The notes: a model not told the origin generated them from the sequence alone. A stretch of DNA of 64,000 nt from Nanobdellota archaeon (GCA_038045385.1 JBBSYE010000003.1:21347-85346), one strand, 5' to 3'. Shown: positions 53,950 through 63,479, numbered from the stretch's first letter. A program made the numbers and translations.

Positions 53950-54317
53950 GATAAGACTTTAACTCCCTCCGCTTTCGAATTTGATTTTATCTCTTCTGAT
54001 ATTTTTATTGCTGGACATTTAGCCTTATGCAACTTAGCAATTGCAGAAGCTGAAAAGCCCATAGCACATATCTTTCCTTTTTTACTCAAGTCACCATTAC
54101 CAATTACTTTACCGGGAACAACAATAATATCTCCTTCCTTCATAACTAAGTCTATTTCTTTTAAATTAATAGAAGGCATCTTTCTAGTAGAGCTTGAAAG
54201 AACAAGACCAATCAAATTATTCCAATGAGAATTAACCTTTAGCAATTCAAGAGTTTCAACTAATTCAAAATTAGTTTTTCTTTTTATTCGTTGTTTTAGT
54301 TTTGTTTTGCTTATCAT
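53937..54317 (-). CDS. rpl18e: 50S ribosomal protein L18e (eL18)
   Basis: The size and position between rpoD and rpl13, plus IIVVPGKVIGNGDL. Confidence 0.75.
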   Translation of the reverse strand: MISKTKLKQRIKRKTNFELVETLELLKVNSHWNNLIGLVLSSSTRKMPSINLKEIDLVMKEGDIIVVPGKVIGNGDLSKKGKICAMGFSASAIAKLHKAKCPAIKISEEIKSNSKAEGVKVLSWKK

Positions 54318-54332
54318 TTTACCAGTAGAAAT

Positions 54333-55031
54333 TTATTTCAAAGCCTCTTCAAACTCTGCAAGATTCTCTCCCAGTGCATGAATTGAATTTACTAATATTT
54401 CACTAGCGCTCATTACGCCATAAGATTCTATAACAAATATTATCTCGTCAGTTTCATTAATTGCTTCTTTATCTATTCTTGAAATTTCTTCAACTACGCC
54501 CTCAGGCAAATCACATAGAAATCCTTCTTTATTTTTCTCAGCTTTCAAATATCCCTTAGCACTATGAACGAGACTCTCGATTTTAGCATCTTTGGAACTA
54601 ATCTGAACTAAATGTCTATAGTATCCAAGTCCTGGAATATATTTTGCATGGTCTATTCCTTTTCCAAGACGCGCAGTCGCAACAAGCTCAATTTCTTGCT
54701 CATTCTCCAAAAGAACTAGAGGAATATTTTTATGAACCACGTCCGCAGAACCTTTCAAATCTCCAGAATATACAATTCCAGGCCCTTTCTTAACAAGTTT
54801 TAATTCTACTTCGGTTTTTGCATTCATCTTTTTTTCAGTCACCAAAGGAACAAGACCAATACGAAGAGCAAGCATTTCATCGTAAAGAGCCGAATCATTT
54901 TTGAAAAACTCAACCTCATCAACAGCAAGCGTGTTAATTTCATGAATGCTTCGTCTCAATGCGTTAAATAAGGGCTCGTTTGCAAGAACTCTTATTACTA
55001 TCTTTTCAGGAGTGTTAATTATTAATTGCAT
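54333..55031 (-). CDS. rpoD: DNA-directed RNA polymerase subunit D (Rpo3)
   Basis: LFNALRRSI and LALRIGLVPL. It holds the conserved position in the S13-S4-S11-RpoD cluster. Confidence 0.85.
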   Translation of the reverse strand: MQLIINTPEKIVIRVLANEPLFNALRRSIHEINTLAVDEVEFFKNDSALYDEMLALRIGLVPLVTEKKMNAKTEVELKLVKKGPGIVYSGDLKGSADVVHKNIPLVLLENEQEIELVATARLGKGIDHAKYIPGLGYYRHLVQISSKDAKIESLVHSAKGYLKAEKNKEGFLCDLPEGVVEEISRIDKEAINETDEIIFVIESYGVMSASEILVNSIHALGENLAEFEEALK

Positions 55032-55055
55032 ATTAAAAAGTGAAAAAGAGTGCTT

Positions 55056-55517
55056 TTAAACTCTTCTCCCTCGCTTTCCTCCTTTCTTCTTCGGTCCACC
55101 ACGAGGAACTTTTGTCGTGTCAATGATACTTATCAATTTAAATCCTTCTTTTCCAAGAGTTTTTACTGCGGCATGAGCCCCAGGACCTATTCCTTGACTA
55201 TTCGTTTTTGCACGCATTCTAATATATAACGAGTTTAATCCTGCATCTCTTGCAAGTTCAGCGGCTCTTTTAGCGACGAACATCGCAGTAGTAGGATTCG
55301 CTTTCAATCTGCTTTGTTTAGTAACCATCCCGCCAGTTATTCTCACAATAGTATTTCCAGCCATATCAGTAATATGGACCATAGTATTGTTGTTAGTACT
55401 ATAAATATAAGCAATTCCAGGTTTTTCACTTTCGTCCTTGAATTTCTCTTTACTCTCTTGCATTTCTACTTCAATAATTTTTTCACTCATTTGATTCTCC
55501 TTTCTCCTTGACAGCAT
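55056..55517 (-). CDS. rps11: 30S ribosomal protein S11 (uS11)
   Basis: GIAYIYSTNNNTMVHITD and GPGAHAAVKTL. The internal ATG at 55488-55490 (MSEKII) would remove the overlap with rps4 and may be the true start. Confidence 0.9.
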   Translation of the reverse strand: MLSRRKENQMSEKIIEVEMQESKEKFKDESEKPGIAYIYSTNNNTMVHITDMAGNTIVRITGGMVTKQSRLKANPTTAMFVAKRAAELARDAGLNSLYIRMRAKTNSQGIGPGAHAAVKTLGKEGFKLISIIDTTKVPRGGPKKKGGKRGRRV

Positions 55518-55959
55518 TCTTTTTTATTATTATAGAACTTTCTTCAGATACTGGTACGAAATATCCTGGAGAGCTCACAACATGCCCATCAATGAAAACT
55601 CTCTTATGGGTTATCATTTGTCTAGCTTGCTTTGGCGTACTGACAAAACCTTTACTAGCAATAAAGCTTGATAGTCTTCTCTTAAGCAAGTCTTCTTTAT
55701 TCAATGCTAAAACGTCTGCTATAGAATTAACATCAAGACCAATTGCCCTCAATTTTCCAAACAAAGATTCTTGTTCTTTTGCTCCAGAAGTAATAAGTTG
55801 TTTAGCTCTAGTTCTAAAGTATCTTACCTTTGCTTCAGTTTTCCAAATTTCTCTTTTATTCTTTAACCCGTAAGCTTCAACAAGAGCATTCTCATCAGCA
55901 ATTCTCTGTGATTCATACATTTTTCTAGGTCTCAAATACTTTTTATGCTTTCTTATCAT
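55483..55959 (-). CDS. rps4: 30S ribosomal protein S4 (uS4)
   Basis: KKYLRPRKMYESQRI, and an S4 RNA-binding domain (RRLSSFIASKGFVSTPKQARQMITHKRVFIDG). Confidence 0.9.
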   Translation of the reverse strand: MIRKHKKYLRPRKMYESQRIADENALVEAYGLKNKREIWKTEAKVRYFRTRAKQLITSGAKEQESLFGKLRAIGLDVNSIADVLALNKEDLLKRRLSSFIASKGFVSTPKQARQMITHKRVFIDGHVVSSPGYFVPVSEESSIIIKKNAVKEKGESNE

Positions 55960-56434
55960 TCTTTCTTCTTACTCCCGTTTTCGCTTTAGCTCTAAAGTGA
56001 CTTCTTGTTCTCTGTCCTCTAACTGGAAGACCAAGAGAATGACGAATACCTTTGTAGCTCTTTATTTGTTTCAATCTTTTAATATCAAATTCTTTCTTAA
56101 TATCAAGATTTGTAGTGAAAAGATGCAAGTCATCTCCAGTGTCTCTATCTGATCTTCTATTCTTCATGTAAGCAGGTATAGGCAAACTTCTCAAACCATC
56201 TTCAATCTTTTTTATCATGGGCTTATCAAGTTCAGCAATTTTAATAGAATGTTTCAAACCAAGAGTGAGACAAAGAGCATTAGAAATTGCCCAAGATACA
56301 CCTTTAATTCTAGTAAGTCCAACATAAACAGATTTACTTCCGCCAATGTCTTGACCCATTATACGAACTAAAGTCTCAACTGATTCTTCCTTTTCAAAAG
56401 GTTTTTTCTTTACTTCTTTTGTTGTTTCTTGCAT
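55943..56434 (-). CDS. rps13: 30S ribosomal protein S13 (uS13)
   Basis: LVRIMGQDIGGSKSVYVGLTRIKGV and YKGIRHSLGLPVRGQRTR. Confidence 0.9.
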   Translation of the reverse strand: MQETTKEVKKKPFEKEESVETLVRIMGQDIGGSKSVYVGLTRIKGVSWAISNALCLTLGLKHSIKIAELDKPMIKKIEDGLRSLPIPAYMKNRRSDRDTGDDLHLFTTNLDIKKEFDIKRLKQIKSYKGIRHSLGLPVRGQRTRSHFRAKAKTGVRRKNDKKA

Positions 56435-56435
56435 T

Positions 56436-56975
56436 TTACGTTACAAAGAGTCTTTGACGAGGGTTCTCCATTATTTCTTCCCAAAGCCTTTTCTCTATAG
56501 CTTTTTTCGGATCTGGAGCACTCGGAACTCTCTGCTTGATGTCTTCAAATGAACTGAATGGATTCTCGTCTCTAGCGCTGAGCAAAGCATCTGTATGCTT
56601 TCTTCCAAATCCAGGAATTAGCTCAAGCACGTGCAATCTAGTATTTATCGCACTGGCTTTATTGAAGAATTCTACGAACCTTGATTCGTGCTCCCCAACA
56701 AATCTAGCAATAAAATGTTGCAGTTGGATCTTTGCCTGTTCAGTCATTTTATCGGCGGGGGTTTTCCCGATGATATAGTAGACCTTATCTCTCTTTTCTG
56801 GACCTATATAAACCTTCTCTTGAACTTCAAAACTAGCGCCTCTTATCGGAGCAAGCTCAAGAAGGCCTAAATGGTCTTCTCCAATAGCTTGAACCATAGG
56901 AGATTTCTTATTTTCAAGAGGATATCCATACGGAAGATAATCTAATACAATTGCATAATCGTCTTTCTTTCCCAT
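56436..56975 (-). CDS. DUF655-family HhH nucleic-acid-binding protein
   Basis: DYAIVLDYLPYGYP, and a C-terminal HhH (LELIPGFGRKHTDALL). It holds the conserved archaeal position next to rpoF and rpl21e. Confidence 0.7.
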   Translation of the reverse strand: MGKKDDYAIVLDYLPYGYPLENKKSPMVQAIGEDHLGLLELAPIRGASFEVQEKVYIGPEKRDKVYYIIGKTPADKMTEQAKIQLQHFIARFVGEHESRFVEFFNKASAINTRLHVLELIPGFGRKHTDALLSARDENPFSSFEDIKQRVPSAPDPKKAIEKRLWEEIMENPRQRLFVT

Positions 56976-56977
56976 GG

Positions 56978-57277
56978 TCAGTATTTCTTGACGACATCAA
57001 GAATTGCATTTGCCTCCTGTTCATTCAGAGAAACGTCGTTAACGACTTTATGCACATCCTCCAAGTCTCTTGGTAAAAAATCAGCAACCTTCACAAAATG
57101 CACAGCCCTTAGCTTTACATTTCCAATTCCTTCAAGTTCTTCAATTAGTTCTTTAGCTTTCTCTTCAGAAAGCTTAGTGAATTTTTTAAAATAATCTACA
57201 ACCATTTTAGTTTCCTCTCGGTCACTAACAAGCTTTCTTGCTTCAGCCATGCTCACAGGGTTCAATTCGATATTCAT
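56978..57277 (-). CDS. rpoF: DNA-directed RNA polymerase subunit F (Rpo4)
   Basis: A 99-aa helical protein in the conserved rpl21e-rpoF-DUF655 gene order. Confidence 0.6.
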   Translation of the reverse strand: MNIELNPVSMAEARKLVSDREETKMVVDYFKKFTKLSEEKAKELIEELEGIGNVKLRAVHFVKVADFLPRDLEDVHKVVNDVSLNEQEANAILDVVKKY

Positions 57278-57531
57278 GTGTTCTTTATCCTTTTCAGATG
57301 AATAGGATGTACAATAAACTTTTTAGCCATATTTAAATCATTAACTTCAACAACATAAGAACGACCTCTCTTATCAATAACCTTTCCAGTTCTTCCTTGC
57401 ATTCTATCTGGAACATTAGAATTCACACTAAGCTCTTTCACCAAAGCGACAGAATCTCCCTTGTTAAAGGAAGTAAAGAATCTGCTCAATGGAATCTTTC
57501 CTCGTGAACGTATACTTTTGTGTTTTAACAT
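57274..57531 (-). CDS. rpl21e: 50S ribosomal protein L21e (eL21)
   Basis: SRGKIPLSRFFTSFNKGDSVALV and GRTGKVIDKRGRSYVVEV. Confidence 0.85.
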   Translation of the reverse strand: MLKHKSIRSRGKIPLSRFFTSFNKGDSVALVKELSVNSNVPDRMQGRTGKVIDKRGRSYVVEVNDLNMAKKFIVHPIHLKRIKNT

Positions 57532-57575
57532 AGAACTACCTTATAATAGCAGTTTAAAAAGCTTTCCCGCGCGAG

Positions 57576-57749
57576 CTAACCGGAAACTGAACCCTGAAAA
57601 AGATCTCCTTTTTCTTTTGCCCCTTCCATGTTTTCTCTTATTGCTTTAAACATTTTCGGACCCCAGATACCAAATCCGCATTTGTCACAAACTTCAAATG
57701 CTCTTTCATCTCCAGTGTCTGCCTTGCAAAAACCACATCTCTTTCCCAT
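57576..57749 (-). CDS. small zinc-ribbon protein
   Basis: The start is moved to the internal ATG (MGKRCGFCKADTGDERAFEVCDKCGFGIW; CxxC...CxxC). A TATA-like TTTTAAATAC lies about 25-35 nt upstream of that ATG. Confidence 0.5.
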   Translation of the reverse strand: MGKRCGFCKADTGDERAFEVCDKCGFGIWGPKMFKAIRENMEGAKEKGDLFQGSVSG

Positions 57750-57843
57750 TCTCGCATCAAGCATTAATGTATTTAAAAGGTTTTGTATACAAAATGACAA
57801 TCCCAACAAGAACCATTATAAACGATAAAGCTCTAAAAAAATA

Positions 57844-58572
57844 ATGCCAGATAGCGTAATTCAACTCAAAAACGTACAGAAATATTATTACATGGGCGAT
57901 TCGATTGTGAAAGCAGTTGATGGAGTTTCAATAAAAATCGAAAAGGGAGATTTCGTTGCAATAATGGGGCCATCAGGCTCGGGAAAAAGCACCTTAATGA
58001 ATCTCGTCGGTAGTTTAGATTTAGCTACGAAAGGAGAGATTTTCTTAGATAAAACAAATATAGAACATATATCCGAATCAACACTCGCACAGATAAGAGG
58101 AAGAAGGATAGGTTTTATTTTTCAGAGCTTTAATCTTATTCCAAATTTAACTGCAAAAGAAAATATAATGCTCCCAATGACTTTTCAAGGAATTTCTAAA
58201 GATAATAGGGAGAAAAGAGCAGAAGAACTTCTCAAAATAGTGGAGTTAGAAGATCGCGGCGGACACTATCCAAATCAACTTTCTGGAGGCCAACAACAGC
58301 GAGTAGCAATTGCTCGTTCGTTAGCAAACGATCCAGAGATAATTCTTGCAGACGAGCCCACAGGGAACCTCGATACAAAAACAGGAGAACATGTAGTTAA
58401 CTTTTTGAAAGAGCTAAATAGAAAAGGAAAAACGATAATAATGGTTACCCATGATCCTGAAAAAGCAAGAAAACATGCAAAGACAATTTATTGGGTTAAG
58501 GATGGAAAAGTCGAGAGTGTAACTAGGAAAATAAGTGGAGTATGGAAGGCAGTTCACCACCTTCATAAATAA
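57844..58572 (+). CDS. ABC transporter ATP-binding protein (MacB/LolD type)
   Basis: Walker [10 protein letters not shown], signature [14 protein letters not shown], Walker B ILADEPTG. Confidence 0.9.
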   Translation: MPDSVIQLKNVQKYYYMGDSIVKAVDGVSIKIEKGDFVAIMGPSGSGKSTLMNLVGSLDLATKGEIFLDKTNIEHISESTLAQIRGRRIGFIFQSFNLIPNLTAKENIMLPMTFQGISKDNREKRAEELLKIVELEDRGGHYPNQLSGGQQQRVAIARSLANDPEIILADEPTGNLDTKTGEHVVNFLKELNRKGKTIIMVTHDPEKARKHAKTIYWVKDGKVESVTRKISGVWKAVHHLHK

Positions 58573-59787
58573 ATGTTAAAGGATTATTTAGATTTAGCGA
58601 CTAAGAATGTAAGAAAAAGAGGAATTCGCTCCTGGCTTACAATGCTTGGAATTTTCATTGGAATAGCCGCAGTAGTCTCTCTAATTTCCCTAGGTAGCGG
58701 TCTACAGAATGCAATAACTGGACAATTTTCAACTTTAGATCCTGATAAATTAGTAATAACAAATGCGGAAACCGGTTTTGGCCCTCCAGGAGCGACAGCC
58801 ATAAAGAAACTTTCACAGCACGATCTAGATATAATAAACAGAGTAAATGGGATTGATGTAGTAGTTCAAAGATTAATAAGAGTAGCAAGTTTTGAATACA
58901 ATGAAATAACGGGCTATGAATATATCGTGAATATTCCTGAAGACTCTAAGCAAATAAAAGTGATTTATGATACTCTAAATGTGGGATTAGAAAGCGGAAG
59001 ATTACTGAGTTCTAACGATAGAAATAAAGTCGTCTTAGGGAGCGATTTTACAAATGACGATTACGGCAAAGCAATATCAGTAGGAAAGAGAGTCACAATT
59101 CAAGGAAGACAATTTCAAGTAGTTGGAATATTAAAAAAAGCAAGTTCTTTTCAAATAAACAATGTAATACTGATGTCTGATGAAGATATGAGAAATCTTC
59201 TTGATATCGGAGACGAGTTTGACATCTTAGTTGTGCAAGTAAAAGACAGAAGCGAACTTAGCAAAATAAAAAACGAAGTAGAAAGAGCATTAAGAAGAGA
59301 TAGGAACTTAAAAATAGGTGAAGAAGATTTTTCTGTTCAAACTCCAGAACAAAGTATTCAAACAATAAATACTATCTTGGGAGCAATTAATCTTGTAATC
59401 GGCGGAATCGCCGCAATCTCTCTTCTAGTAGGTGGAATAGGAATAACAAATACAATGTACACGTCTGTTTTAGAACGCACACGAGAAATTGGCGTTATGA
59501 AAGCAATCGGCGCTAAAAACAAAGACATCTTGGCAATTTTCGTTACTGAATCCTCAATCTTAGGTTTTGTAGGCGGAGTTATCGGCATTATAATAGGACT
59601 TTTTCTAGCCTTTGCTGTGTCTTACGCAATGAAATTATTTATTCCAGGAATACCTTTCGATGTTACTATATCTTTTCCACTAGTTTTATTTTCATTAGTA
59701 TTTTCATTAGTCATCGGCGGAATCGCCGGAATATTCCCTGCAATTCAAGCTTCAAATTTAAGGCCAGTGGAGGCACTTAGAGCATGA
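58573..59787 (+). CDS. ABC transporter permease, FtsX/MacB family (paralog 1)
   Basis: An N-terminal TM segment, a large extracytoplasmic domain, and a C-terminal FtsX 3-TM module (GGIGITNTMYTSVLERTREIGVMKAIGA). Confidence 0.85.
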   Translation: MLKDYLDLATKNVRKRGIRSWLTMLGIFIGIAAVVSLISLGSGLQNAITGQFSTLDPDKLVITNAETGFGPPGATAIKKLSQHDLDIINRVNGIDVVVQRLIRVASFEYNEITGYEYIVNIPEDSKQIKVIYDTLNVGLESGRLLSSNDRNKVVLGSDFTNDDYGKAISVGKRVTIQGRQFQVVGILKKASSFQINNVILMSDEDMRNLLDIGDEFDILVVQVKDRSELSKIKNEVERALRRDRNLKIGEEDFSVQTPEQSIQTINTILGAINLVIGGIAAISLLVGGIGITNTMYTSVLERTREIGVMKAIGAKNKDILAIFVTESSILGFVGGVIGIIIGLFLAFAVSYAMKLFIPGIPFDVTISFPLVLFSLVFSLVIGGIAGIFPAIQASNLRPVEALRA

Positions 59788-60998
59788 TACCAGATCTTTT
59801 GATAATTTCCGCAAGAAATCTGGCAAGAAGAAAAATCAGATCATGGCTAACAATGGTAGGAATATTTATTTCAATAGCAGTCATCTTTACTCTTATCAGT
59901 ATCTCTTTAGGGTTAGAGTCTGCCGTGCAAGAGCAATTTCGCCAGTTAGGCACAGATAAATTCTTTATTGAGCCAAAAGGCCAACTTGCAGGGCCAGGCA
60001 CTGGAGGAGCAGTAAAATTAACGATAGAAGACGTCCGAACTATGGAAAAAGTTCCAGGAGTCAAGAAAGTAAGCTACTGGGCTATAGGTTCAGCAAAAAT
60101 TAGTGTTGGAAAAGAGAATAGATATGCAAATGTAATAGGGATAGATTTAGATTCGGCAGATGTATTTTTTGAGACTGGATTTATAACTCCCCAAGAAGGA
60201 AGAGTAATTGATAAAGAAGGAGCGGGCAGAATAATGATAGGCTCCAGATACAAAGAACCGGGGTTTTTTCTAAGAGGAATAGAAGTAGGAAACAAATTAA
60301 ATATTCAAGATAAAGAATTTTCAGTAAAAGCAATATTAAAACCAGTAGGAAACCCCCAAGATGATAAAGTAATTTATATGTCTCTTGAAGATTTTAGAGA
60401 AGTCTTTCCAGATATCCCTGATAGAATAGATTCAATGGCCATTCAGATAGATAAGGAAGGGGATCTAAAATCTATCGCAGAACGAGCAGAAAAAAGACTT
60501 AGAACTGCAAGAGGTGTTGATGAAGATTCCCAAGATTTCATCGTTAGAACTCCAGAAGAATTACTCGCAACTTTCGGCACGATATTAAATATTCTAACTG
60601 GCTTTTTAATAGGAATCGCTGCAATCTCTCTTCTAGTAGGTGGAATAGGAATAACAAATACAATGTACACGTCTGTTTTAGAACGCACACGAGAAATTGG
60701 CGTCATGAAAGCGGTAGGTGCGACAAACAAAACAATAATGACTCTATTCACACTAGAATCTGGAATTCTAGGATTGATAGGAGGAGTAGCAGGAATAATA
60801 CTAGGCTTCGCAATAGGAAAAATAATTGAGTATATCTCAAACGTCCAGCTAGGCATCTCTTATCTCCAAGCTGTAACTCCTGCCTATCTTATTATAGGCT
60901 GTCTAGCTTTCTCATTTATCATCGGCGCAATATCTGGTGCTTGGCCTTCTTGGAGAGCTACAAAAATTAAACCAGTAGAAGCTTTAAGATACGAATAA
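59784..60998 (+). CDS. ABC transporter permease, FtsX/MacB family (paralog 2)
   Basis: Same architecture as paralog 1, with an ATGA overlap to it. Confidence 0.85.
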   Translation: MIPDLLIISARNLARRKIRSWLTMVGIFISIAVIFTLISISLGLESAVQEQFRQLGTDKFFIEPKGQLAGPGTGGAVKLTIEDVRTMEKVPGVKKVSYWAIGSAKISVGKENRYANVIGIDLDSADVFFETGFITPQEGRVIDKEGAGRIMIGSRYKEPGFFLRGIEVGNKLNIQDKEFSVKAILKPVGNPQDDKVIYMSLEDFREVFPDIPDRIDSMAIQIDKEGDLKSIAERAEKRLRTARGVDEDSQDFIVRTPEELLATFGTILNILTGFLIGIAAISLLVGGIGITNTMYTSVLERTREIGVMKAVGATNKTIMTLFTLESGILGLIGGVAGIILGFAIGKIIEYISNVQLGISYLQAVTPAYLIIGCLAFSFIIGAISGAWPSWRATKIKPVEALRYE

Positions 60999-60999
60999 A

Positions 61000-61875
61000 T
61001 TAAACTTTATGATGATGAATTTTTTTCTTGAAAAACTTGCGTTTAATCCAGAACCCAATAAATACTAGAATTATTAGAATAAGAATATAGACATACCATG
61101 CAACTCCGCTTGTTTCAGAAGCTCTTCCTTCAAAATAAGCCGGGTCAAATGTGACACTCTTACTAACACTTCTTCTTATGTTAATCTCATCAGTATAATA
61201 AATCGTTAATCGAATCTCTCCCTCTTTAGGAGTTCCCTCAAAAGTAAAGCTTGTATCTTCATTAACGTCAAGACTTCCAATAATATTTCTATTAGAGCCC
61301 TTAACACCAAGACTTTCTTGTTTCGGAATTTCAATAGTTACTGCCTCAACGTCATGTTCTCCAACATTAAGAATATCAAATGTAATTATATTCGTAGTCG
61401 CATCATAATCTCTGACAGAAACTTCAAAATCTGCTCTTAAATCTTGTATCTCGACATCAAAATCTTTAGAGAAGAACAAATCTCCGATAGAATTGCCTCT
61501 ATATCTAACCTCAATGCTATTATTTCCATCAATCGCATCTCCATCAACACGCACGTCATAAGAAATTATAACGTTGCTAGAAAAATCATCTGTAGATCCA
61601 GCACCAAAAACGCTAACTGTCGCGTTTTCCCCAGGATCAAGAGAGAAAGGGTATTTCGGTCTAAGTTCAAAATCAACCTTAGTACACTCTCTTTTTTCCA
61701 AACCGCTAAGCTGGAATACAAGCTTAACATAACTTCCTGGAACTGCAGGATAAGGGTCCTGATTAAGTAAAGAAGCTTCAAGATTACAGGCCGCACTAGC
61801 TACCTGACTGAAAACAACTACAAATGCTAAAGCAAACGCGAATAAGTAAAATCCTTTGCTCATTTTAGAAAGCAT
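61000..61875 (-). CDS. secreted beta-rich protein with a C-terminal TM anchor (CARDB/S-layer-domain-like)
   Basis: An N-terminal signal (FYLFAFALAFVVVFSQVASA), LLNQDPYPAVPGSYVKLVFQLSG, and a C-terminal anchor WYVYILILIILVFIGFWIKRK. It is convergent with the ABC operon, 1 nt from it. Confidence 0.5.
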   Translation of the reverse strand: MLSKMSKGFYLFAFALAFVVVFSQVASAACNLEASLLNQDPYPAVPGSYVKLVFQLSGLEKRECTKVDFELRPKYPFSLDPGENATVSVFGAGSTDDFSSNVIISYDVRVDGDAIDGNNSIEVRYRGNSIGDLFFSKDFDVEIQDLRADFEVSVRDYDATTNIITFDILNVGEHDVEAVTIEIPKQESLGVKGSNRNIIGSLDVNEDTSFTFEGTPKEGEIRLTIYYTDEINIRRSVSKSVTFDPAYFEGRASETSGVAWYVYILILIILVFIGFWIKRKFFKKKIHHHKV

Positions 61876-61996
61876 CGTCGTAAGTTTTTAAACATTATCT
61901 TTTATTTAGACTCAGTCCATAAACTAACTAGCCGTCCATAAAGTGTCTATTAAGTTAAAGAACACAAATTTTTAAAAACAACTTTTTTTTGAAGAA

Positions 61997-62662
61997 ATGA
62001 TGTATTGGCAATCTCTACAAGACCCTGCCTGGATAACTGCAATCTCAACTATCCTTGCAGTCATTACTTCTCTAGCAATTGCCTTATTTAGAGATAATTA
62101 TATTGCTTGGAAAAATAGACCGATAATTAGGCTTGGATTAAAAAACAAAGAACCTCATGTCCTTACACTTTATTCTGCATCTGAAGCAACAATAACTTAT
62201 CTTTTTCGGATTAAAGTGATAAACGATGGTAAGACCATAGCTAAGAATTGTAAAGTTAAAATTTTATCTGTTTCTCCAGCTCCTGAGGAAAGATATTTTG
62301 AACCAGATATATTAAAATGGTCAAGCGCTCCTCGCGAGATGCAACATAGAATTGATATACCTCATATCGAAAGGGTCGATATTTCTCAATTGATCCCGAT
62401 TCATAAAGAGAATAAAGATATTTCTCCTTATTCAGGATCAGAGTTTTGCGATCTATTTTCTATTACGAGCCGTGGAAATATGATTTCCTTCATTTCTAGT
62501 GGAAAAAGAGAATTCTTAGCCAGGGAAAAAGATTATATGGTGACAATAGAAATTTGTGGAGATAATCTTGAACCTAAAAGGGCAAGTTTTAGGATATCCC
62601 TTCTTCCAGACTTCCCCCTTGCAAAAGTTGATTGGGTCTATAATCCGTCCAACTCAGACTAA
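61997..62662 (+). CDS. hypothetical protein with an N-terminal TM segment
   Basis: A 221-aa ORF. Confidence 0.4.
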   Translation: MMYWQSLQDPAWITAISTILAVITSLAIALFRDNYIAWKNRPIIRLGLKNKEPHVLTLYSASEATITYLFRIKVINDGKTIAKNCKVKILSVSPAPEERYFEPDILKWSSAPREMQHRIDIPHIERVDISQLIPIHKENKDISPYSGSEFCDLFSITSRGNMISFISSGKREFLAREKDYMVTIEICGDNLEPKRASFRISLLPDFPLAKVDWVYNPSNSD

Positions 62663-62756
62663 TTTTCTCTTAACAATCTTAACAAGCATATTTTTAAAGT
62701 CAATAGATATGGTCTTTTTGGTTTATTCAAGATAGACCTCAAAAAAAGAGGCAAGA

Positions 62757-62939
62757 ATGATAAAATTGTGTAAGTACGTATTTGAAATAGAGAGTGAAAT
62801 TCCTAAAGCGAAAGCTAAGGCAGTAAAAAATATAGAAAGAACTCTTTCAGTGGAACTGAATTCATATGGCTCTTTCCCTTTTTATAGCTTTGGTTCAAAT
62901 CTAGGAAACCTAAAGCTGAAAGGAGGTGAAATTATATGA
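62757..62939 (+). CDS. hypothetical small protein
   Basis: A 60-aa ORF. Its stop overlaps the next ATG (ATATGA). Confidence 0.3.
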   Translation: MIKLCKYVFEIESEIPKAKAKAVKNIERTLSVELNSYGSFPFYSFGSNLGNLKLKGGEII

Positions 62940-63040
62940 GTCCAGAATTTTTTGGAAATATAATGGTGTTCCTAGTCATGATGCTTTGCATTGTGACGGT
63001 CATTGCCGCAATTTGGAACAAAATTAAAAGTCACTTTTAG
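62936..63040 (+). CDS. small single-pass membrane protein (34 aa)
   Basis: Not in the ORF track. MSPEFFGNIMVFLVMMLCIVTVIAAIWNKIKSHF. An SD-like AGGAGGTGA lies 6 nt upstream, and a T-rich run follows at 63060-63088. Confidence 0.4.
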   Translation: MSPEFFGNIMVFLVMMLCIVTVIAAIWNKIKSHF

Positions 63041-63204
63041 ATAAAAGGTGACCTTGATTTTTTATTTTTTTATTTTTTTTTAAAATCAGAAAAATATTTA
63101 TAGTCTTTCTTATTGAATATTGTATTTGGAGGGCGTTGGGTGTGCGTTTCCATAGACTTGAATAAACCACTTGTCTAATCCTTTCACACCCCATTTTTAC
63201 TATC

Positions 63205-63465
63205 TTATTCTGAAAGTATTTTATTAATACCCCTAAGATTTACAAGTAGCTTCTTACCTTTTTCTGTAAGTCCATAATCGACATCCATGTGCCCTTTATC
63301 TTGCTTAGAGATTAATGAGTGATCACGCAGTTCGGCTAATACTCTCTGCAATGTTGTATGAGAAACTTTTGTTAATCTGAAAAGATCATTATATTTTGTT
63401 TTACCTTTCTCCAGGGCCTGTAAAACTCCAATAACACATTTCGCCTCTTGAGTATCAAGAATCAT
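63205..63465 (-). CDS. small winged-helix transcriptional regulator (HxlR/MarR-like)
   Basis: GVLQALEKGKTKYNDLFRLTKVSHTTLQRVLAELRDHSLISKQ. Confidence 0.55.
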   Translation of the reverse strand: MILDTQEAKCVIGVLQALEKGKTKYNDLFRLTKVSHTTLQRVLAELRDHSLISKQDKGHMDVDYGLTEKGKKLLVNLRGINKILSE

Positions 63466-63479
63466 AAAAATAGACCTTA

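Noticed and set aside
55491-55517. A 35-nt overlap of rps11 with rps4.
   Set aside because: It is probably an artefact of taking the longest ORF. The ATG at 55488-55490 (MSEKII) gives a non-overlapping S11. The track coordinates are kept in the feature list, with this caveat.
57750-57809. N-terminal 20 codons of track ORF 57576..57809.
   Set aside because: The Zn-ribbon starts at MGKRCGFC. A TATA-like box lies inside the putative extension, about 25-35 nt upstream of the internal ATG.
61914-61946. Direct repeat GTCCATAAA x2 in the divergent promoter region 61876-61996.
   Set aside because: There are only two short copies, which is within chance for an AT-rich intergenic region. I cannot support it as a regulatory site.
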